Shown here: piece by piece, positions 59,673-64,000 of the stretch
Numbering within the stretch: the stretch's first letter is position 1
How the letters are laid out: the number at the start of each line of letters is the position of its first letter
DNA from: Myxococcota bacterium
Lineage (GTDB): Bacteria > Myxococcota_A > UBA796 > UBA2385
Length of the DNA: 64,000 nt
Assembly (NCBI GenBank): GCA_044344255.1
Contig: JBIJDH010000003.1
Coordinates: 384,001-448,000, forward strand
Reading direction: 5' to 3'
Notes under the pieces: model-generated
Databases searched by the model: none
Told to the model about the DNA's origin: nothing
What the model saw: the letters and a program-made list of their open reading frames with translations, nothing else
Program-made: the position numbers and the translations under genes

Positions 59673-60470
59673 GTGATGCCACAGGACCGCGCCCGCACTT
59701 GGCTCGACTCCCTCCCCGCCCGCGGTCGGTGGTGGTTCACCTCCGATGACGGCGTCGCCGGGCTTGGCGGAACCCGAGAGGCCGCGTTCATGGCGCTCGG
59801 TCGCCTGCGGCGGAAGGGCCTGATCGCGAGCCCCTACCGGGGTTTCTACCTCGTGCTCCCGCCGGAGTACCGCGAGATGGGCGCCTGGCCGGCTGAGCAT
59901 TTCCTCGATCCGCTGATGCGCTGGCTCGGCGAGCCCTATTACCTGGGCCTGCTCACCGCCGCGGCGATGCACGGCGCCGCGCATCAGGCGCCCCAGTGCA
60001 CCCAGGTCATCGTGGCTCGGAGCCGTAAGCCGATCGTCCTTGGCCCGGTGCAGGTCGACTTTGTCGCCCGCCACGACATGGCCGGCACACCCACCGAGAC
60101 ACGCAACACCCGCATGGGCACCGTGCGCATCGCGACGCCCGCCTCCACCGCCCTCGAGCTGGTCGGCTACGCCGAGCGTTGCGCCGGGCTCTCCCACGTC
60201 GCCACGGTGCTCGTGGAGCTCGCCGAGGGGATCGAGGCCGGCGCCCTCTCTGCAGAGGCTCGGCGCGCTCCGGTCGCCTGGGTGCAACGCCTTGGCTGGC
60301 TGCTGGAGAAGGTGGGCCAGCCCGACCTCGCCGCCGCGCTGCTCCCCGACGTCTCCGCCCGTGGCGCCTCGCCGACGCCGCTCTGGCCCTCCGCCCCGAC
60401 CCGCGGCGCCTCACGGGACCCGCGCTGGCACCTGATCGTGAACGCCGACGTGGAGCTTGACGAGCTGTGA
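59673..60470 (+). CDS. abiEi: Type IV toxin-antitoxin AbiEi-family antitoxin
   Basis: wHTH-like N-terminus (GRWWFT...ALGRLRRKG...RGFY), YYLGLLTAAAMHGAAHQ, ATPASTALEL, QRLGWLLE and RWHLIVN. Confidence 0.88.
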   Translation: MMPQDRARTWLDSLPARGRWWFTSDDGVAGLGGTREAAFMALGRLRRKGLIASPYRGFYLVLPPEYREMGAWPAEHFLDPLMRWLGEPYYLGLLTAAAMHGAAHQAPQCTQVIVARSRKPIVLGPVQVDFVARHDMAGTPTETRNTRMGTVRIATPASTALELVGYAERCAGLSHVATVLVELAEGIEAGALSAEARRAPVAWVQRLGWLLEKVGQPDLAAALLPDVSARGASPTPLWPSAPTRGASRDPRWHLIVNADVELDEL

Positions 60471-61297
60471 TCACCTTCCCCTACGTTCAGGCTTGGCGCG
60501 CCCAGGCTCCCTGGCGCGACGACGCGATGGTTGAGCAGGACCTCGTGCTCTCCCGCGTGCTGGTGGAAATCTTCCGCGTCCCCGAGCTCGGCCTTGCCCT
60601 CGCCTTCCGTGGCGGCACCGCCCTTCACAAGCTGCACCTCGCTCCAAGCGCGCGGTACTCCGAAGACATCGATCTGGTACAGACCTGCCCCGGGCCCATC
60701 GGCCCGACCCTCGACCGCCTTCGTGCGGCGCTCGACCCCTGGCTCGGCACGCCCAAGCGTGACATCAAGGAGGGAAGGGTAAACCTTACCTATCGATTCA
60801 CTTCCGAAGGCGAACCGTCGAGGCCGATGCGGGTGAAGATCGAGATCAACTCGCGCGAGCACTTCTCGGTGCTAGGCTGGGAGCGCCGCCCCTACGTCGT
60901 CCACACCGACTGGTTCACCGGCGAGGCTCTGCTCACCACCTTCGCCCTGGATGAGCTCATGGGGACCAAGCTCCGCGCGCTCTACCAGCGTAAGAAGGGC
61001 CGCGACCTCTTCGACCTCGTCCGCGCGCTCGACCGGGGCGCCGACCCTGGCCGCGTTGTCGCGTGCTTCGAGCACTATATGGCCGAGGGTGGGCACCGTG
61101 TCACCCGCGCGCTGTTTGAGCAGAACCTGCACGAGAAGCACCGCCAGGACATATTCCGGCAGGACATGGCTCCCTTGCTGCGTCCGGACGTCGTGTGGGA
61201 CCCCGGGGCCGCCCTCGACCGCGTCCTCACCACTCTCGTCGCCCTCCTCCCCGGCGAGCCATGGGCCGGCGATGGGGACTCACTCGACTGCGCCTGA
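60467..61297 (+). CDS. abiEii: AbiEii/AbiGii-family nucleotidyltransferase toxin
   Basis: VEQDL, LAFRGGTALHK, RYSEDIDL, KIEIN and TKLRALYQRKKGRDLFD. GTGA overlap with abiEi. Confidence 0.92.
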   Translation: MITFPYVQAWRAQAPWRDDAMVEQDLVLSRVLVEIFRVPELGLALAFRGGTALHKLHLAPSARYSEDIDLVQTCPGPIGPTLDRLRAALDPWLGTPKRDIKEGRVNLTYRFTSEGEPSRPMRVKIEINSREHFSVLGWERRPYVVHTDWFTGEALLTTFALDELMGTKLRALYQRKKGRDLFDLVRALDRGADPGRVVACFEHYMAEGGHRVTRALFEQNLHEKHRQDIFRQDMAPLLRPDVVWDPGAALDRVLTTLVALLPGEPWAGDGDSLDCA

Positions 61298-61305
61298 CCG
61301 CGCCT

Positions 61306-61443
61306 GTTCGGGAGGGGGCGGTCTACGGTCTGGCGAAGCTCCTGCCCGAGCAGCCCCACCTGCGGCGCCTCATCGAGGCCCACACCGACAGCCGCGAGAC
61401 GAGCCCGGGTGTTCGGCGGGCCGCCTGGAGCATTTTGGACTGA
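61306..61443 (+). pseudogene. Startless 3' fragment of a HEAT-repeat-like protein
   Basis: VREGAVYGLAKL...SPGVRRAAWSILD* looks like two HEAT-type helices. No plausible start outside abiEii. Confidence 0.4.
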
Positions 61444-61461
61444 TCGCGCCCTGAAATTTAC

Positions 61462-61488
61462 AGCAAAGGACGCAGAGAACGCAGAGGG
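61462..61488 (+). repeat. Degenerate 9-nt tandem repeat (CGCAGAGNA-type)
   Basis: agcaaagga-cgcagagaa-cgcagaggg. Confidence 0.55.
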
Positions 61489-61599
61489 AGACGGGAGAGG
61501 CTGCGGTGCTGCGGACGAATGGGGAGATTGGAGAGATGAGACAGGATGAAGTACCGAAAGAGCCGACGAAAGAGTGAGAGAGTCCCTCGATAAACTCCA

Positions 61600-61815
61600 G
61601 CCTCCCCCATCCGATGGGGGAGGTGGCGCCGCATCGGCGCCGGAGGGGGACTGCTGGCGTTGGTAGCGCGATGACGGAGTCGCCGCGACCTCCCTTCCGG
61701 CAATACGGCGATACGAGTAGTCCTTCATCCCACCCTTGTGGCAACGCGAACAGTCCCCCTCCGGCGCCGGCCGCCCGGGTAGGGAGCGCCACTTCCCCCA
61801 TATGATGGGGGAGGC
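61600..61815. repeat. Nested palindromic REP/MITE-like element: two ~55-65-bp inverted arms, each with internal hairpins
   Basis: Left arm gcctcccccatccgatgggggaggtggcgc...cggcgccggagggggactg (61600-61653). Right arm cagtccccctccggcgccg...gcgccacttcccccatatgatgggggaggc (61751-61815). Confidence 0.8.
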
Positions 61816-61866
61816 AGGACGCCATTCTGGCACAATGCGGCGCTACTCAAACAACTTCATCTTCTC

Positions 61867-63339
61867 CTATCCCCGACGCGCCTTCTTCGGTCCCAGGCCT
61901 GCACCTTCGGCCTTGATGCGGGCGAGGAGCTTCTCGGCGGGCTCATCGTTGGGGTCCTGGGGGACCAGCTCGCCGCGAAATGCCTTGGCGAGGATGGACT
62001 GGTCGAGCGATGCCAGCCCGTTTGCTTGTGCCGCCGCGTTTGCATGCAGCGAGTCGATGCTGGACAAAGCGCTACGGATCCGTCTGCAGATCTCAATCTG
62101 TTCGTCAGCGGGTGCGAGTACCACCGGTGCCGCACGAAGGTCTCCCAGGTGGAGGTGGAGGAGTCCCGAACCAGTTGCTACCGTTCGGTTTCGGGTCTCG
62201 GGAGCGGAGAGCGCCAACGCCAAATAGTCGCCGCCACCTCGGACAACAGGCTTGATAAGAGCGACGGAGACGAAGATCGAGAAAACGCGATCGGTATCGA
62301 CTACCCGGATGACGCCGAGTGTGCCGTCCTTCGTGATCAGGATGTCCCCCCGTTCCGGATTGGCCCGCTTGAAACACTCCTCATGGTCTGTCGGCGAAAG
62401 GAACTTGGTGGTCTCGAAACTAATCCCGGGGCCTGCCGTGAGATTTCTTACCGTAATGAACGGAACCCCCGACGAGACGTAGTTTGGCGTGTGATGCACC
62501 CCATCAACAAGCTTGAAGGAAAGCTCATCGGTGGTGGCCCAACACCAGCTCCCAGGAAGCTCCGGAAGGTCGCTCTCTACACGAGTGGGCTCGGCATACT
62601 TCTTCTTCGGGTTCGCCTGCTCCCACCGCCTCCGCCGCTCGGCCCGGATGCGGTTGAGGAGCACGGAGGCCGGCTCCACGTCGGGGTGGGCGGCCCGCCA
62701 CTCGGCGGTGAGGTCCCCCCGGAAGGCGGCGGCGAGCACCGACTGCTTGAGCTTGTCGAGGAGGGCGGGCACCTCGTCGAGGACCTCCCGTGCTTTCCGG
62801 CTCCGTGCGCGGAGCTCATCGAGCTTGGCGACGATGCGGAGCTGTTCTTTTTCAGGGGGAACGCGAATGGGTAACTGAGAGAGCTGCGAGAGATTGATGG
62901 AGGCGAGGTTCGTCGATTGCTTTCCATTGGCAGTGAAGTACCGTTGTGCCTCATCCGCGTTCCCGTATTGGGATAGAAATTCTGAGCTGATCGCCGAGTG
63001 AGGCCGGGCTCGGAAGACGTGGTTCTGGTGAATACAAAGAGGGACCTGACCTTCCCAGATCCATCCACGACCCAGCTTGTCCCGGTCCCCACCCTCGTTG
63101 AAGAGTACATCACCCGGAAGAAGGGCGAGCGCGGACACTTCGGCCTCGGTGGCATCAATGCTTCGGAGGTCCGACAGGTCCAGGCGCCCTCTCTGGACAT
63201 TCGCGACTCGGAGATAGGGGACCTGTATGATTTTGTCGGAGGCGTTGCGGAGCTTTCCTTTCGTTAATCCGCCCTTCAGCTCTGCGACTTCTCCCAATGG
63301 CGCCCAGGCCCACCCCGGCGGAAGCTCCCCACCGGTCAC
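61867..63339 (-). CDS. hsdS: Type I restriction-modification specificity subunit
   Basis: LPPGWAW. Two TRDs, each followed by a conserved helix: PPEKEQLRIV...QSVLAAAFRGDL and PADEQIEI...QSILAKAFRGELVPQDPNDEPA. Confidence 0.95.
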   Translation of the reverse strand: MTGGELPPGWAWAPLGEVAELKGGLTKGKLRNASDKIIQVPYLRVANVQRGRLDLSDLRSIDATEAEVSALALLPGDVLFNEGGDRDKLGRGWIWEGQVPLCIHQNHVFRARPHSAISSEFLSQYGNADEAQRYFTANGKQSTNLASINLSQLSQLPIRVPPEKEQLRIVAKLDELRARSRKAREVLDEVPALLDKLKQSVLAAAFRGDLTAEWRAAHPDVEPASVLLNRIRAERRRRWEQANPKKKYAEPTRVESDLPELPGSWCWATTDELSFKLVDGVHHTPNYVSSGVPFITVRNLTAGPGISFETTKFLSPTDHEECFKRANPERGDILITKDGTLGVIRVVDTDRVFSIFVSVALIKPVVRGGGDYLALALSAPETRNRTVATGSGLLHLHLGDLRAAPVVLAPADEQIEICRRIRSALSSIDSLHANAAAQANGLASLDQSILAKAFRGELVPQDPNDEPAEKLLARIKAEGAGLGPKKARRG

Positions 63340-64000
63340 TTTGCCGCCCCGTTGGCGCCCATGCCGAGGGCGGCTTTCAGGGCAGTGATCTCTGACATCG
63401 CCGTCGAGAGGCGTTCAAGGATGGTGTCCGCAAGCTCATCGGGCTCAGGCAGGTCCTCCACCCGGTCTGCGTTCTCATCGCGGAGCCAGGAGATGTCGAG
63501 GTTGTCACCACGCGCCTTGATCTGCTCCCGCGTCCACCGACGAAAACGACCCTCCTCCCCCTCGTCTTTACGAGGCGAGGACCCCCGAGGGTCTGTGCCG
63601 TAGGCAAGGATAAAAGGCGAAAAGTGGGCGGTGGTCAGCGGGGTGCGCTTGCCGAAGGAGGGCATATTCGCCCGAAGATCGTAGACCCAGGTGGCCTTTG
63701 TGTTGCCCTTGTCGGTGGCGCCCCGCGTGAAGAACAGCACGTTTGTCTTCACGCCCTGGGCGTAGAAGATGCCGGTGGGGAGCCGCAGGATGGTGTGCAG
63801 GTCGCACTTCTCCATCAAGTCCCGGCGGATGTCGACGCCGGTGTTCTCCTCGAAGAGCACGTTGTCCGGCAGCACCACCGCGGCCCGGCCGCCGGGCTTC
63901 AGGGCCCGGTAGATGTGCTGGAGGAAGGCGAGCTGCTTGTTGGAGGTGATGTAGGTGAAGTCGGTACGGGTGGGGGTGCCGCCGCCCTTCTTCGTGCCGA
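63336..64000 (-). CDS. hsdM: Type I restriction-modification methyltransferase, C-terminal part (truncated by window edge)
   Basis: TSNKQLAFLQHIYRALKPGGRAAVVLPDNVLFE, LHTILRLPTGIFYAQGVKTNVLFF and LDISWL. 4-nt overlap with hsdS. Confidence 0.95.
   Translation of the reverse strand, partial: GTKKGGGTPTRTDFTYITSNKQLAFLQHIYRALKPGGRAAVVLPDNVLFEENTGVDIRRDLMEKCDLHTILRLPTGIFYAQGVKTNVLFFTRGATDKGNTKATWVYDLRANMPSFGKRTPLTTAHFSPFILAYGTDPRGSSPRKDEGEEGRFRRWTREQIKARGDNLDISWLRDENADRVEDLPEPDELADTILERLSTAMSEITALKAALGMGANGAAK

Noticed and set aside
61535..61575. Hammerhead-ribozyme-like GATGA...CGAAA sequence
   Set aside because: The core would need CUGANGA but the sequence has AGGAUGA, and stems I and III are not evident.

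Overview
GC-rich (about 70% by eye) bacterial chromosome segment, most likely Myxococcota. The assignment is inferred from a MYXO-CTERM-like sorting tail, a Hanks Ser/Thr kinase, PEGA/TPR proteins and many lipoproteins with acidic Gly/Asp/Thr linkers. The first 14 kb holds exported enzymes and lipoproteins (alkaline phosphatase, Tat-exported flavin amine oxidase), three GT-C-like polytopic membrane proteins, an orphan histidine kinase and a secreted-protein gene broken by two in-frame stops. A 33-kb plus-strand run follows (14.0-47.4 kb): two more GT-C-like genes, a MoxR/DUF58/BatA-VWA/DUF4159/GATase cluster, alpha-2-macroglobulin with pbpC, a Ser/Thr kinase + TPR-extended TonB-dependent receptor + lipoprotein module, metH and a PEGA protein. 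Next come an orphan Flp pilin abutting a radical SAM/SPASM gene, then D-aminoacylase, Gcr-family membrane protein, rsuA, nitroreductase, YceI and ychF. Directly after ychF lies a defence region: AbiEi/AbiEii with a palindromic operator, a HEAT-like remnant, a nested palindromic element and type I R-M hsdS/hsdM. The best candidates for undescribed systems are (1) kinase/TPR-TonB-receptor trans-envelope signalling, (2) the GT-C set together with recurring D-[ST]-G linkers as a protein glycosylation system, and (3) the Flp pilin/radical SAM pair. I recognised no rRNA, tRNA, CRISPR array, integrase or transposase. All family calls come from motif recognition by eye; no searches were run.
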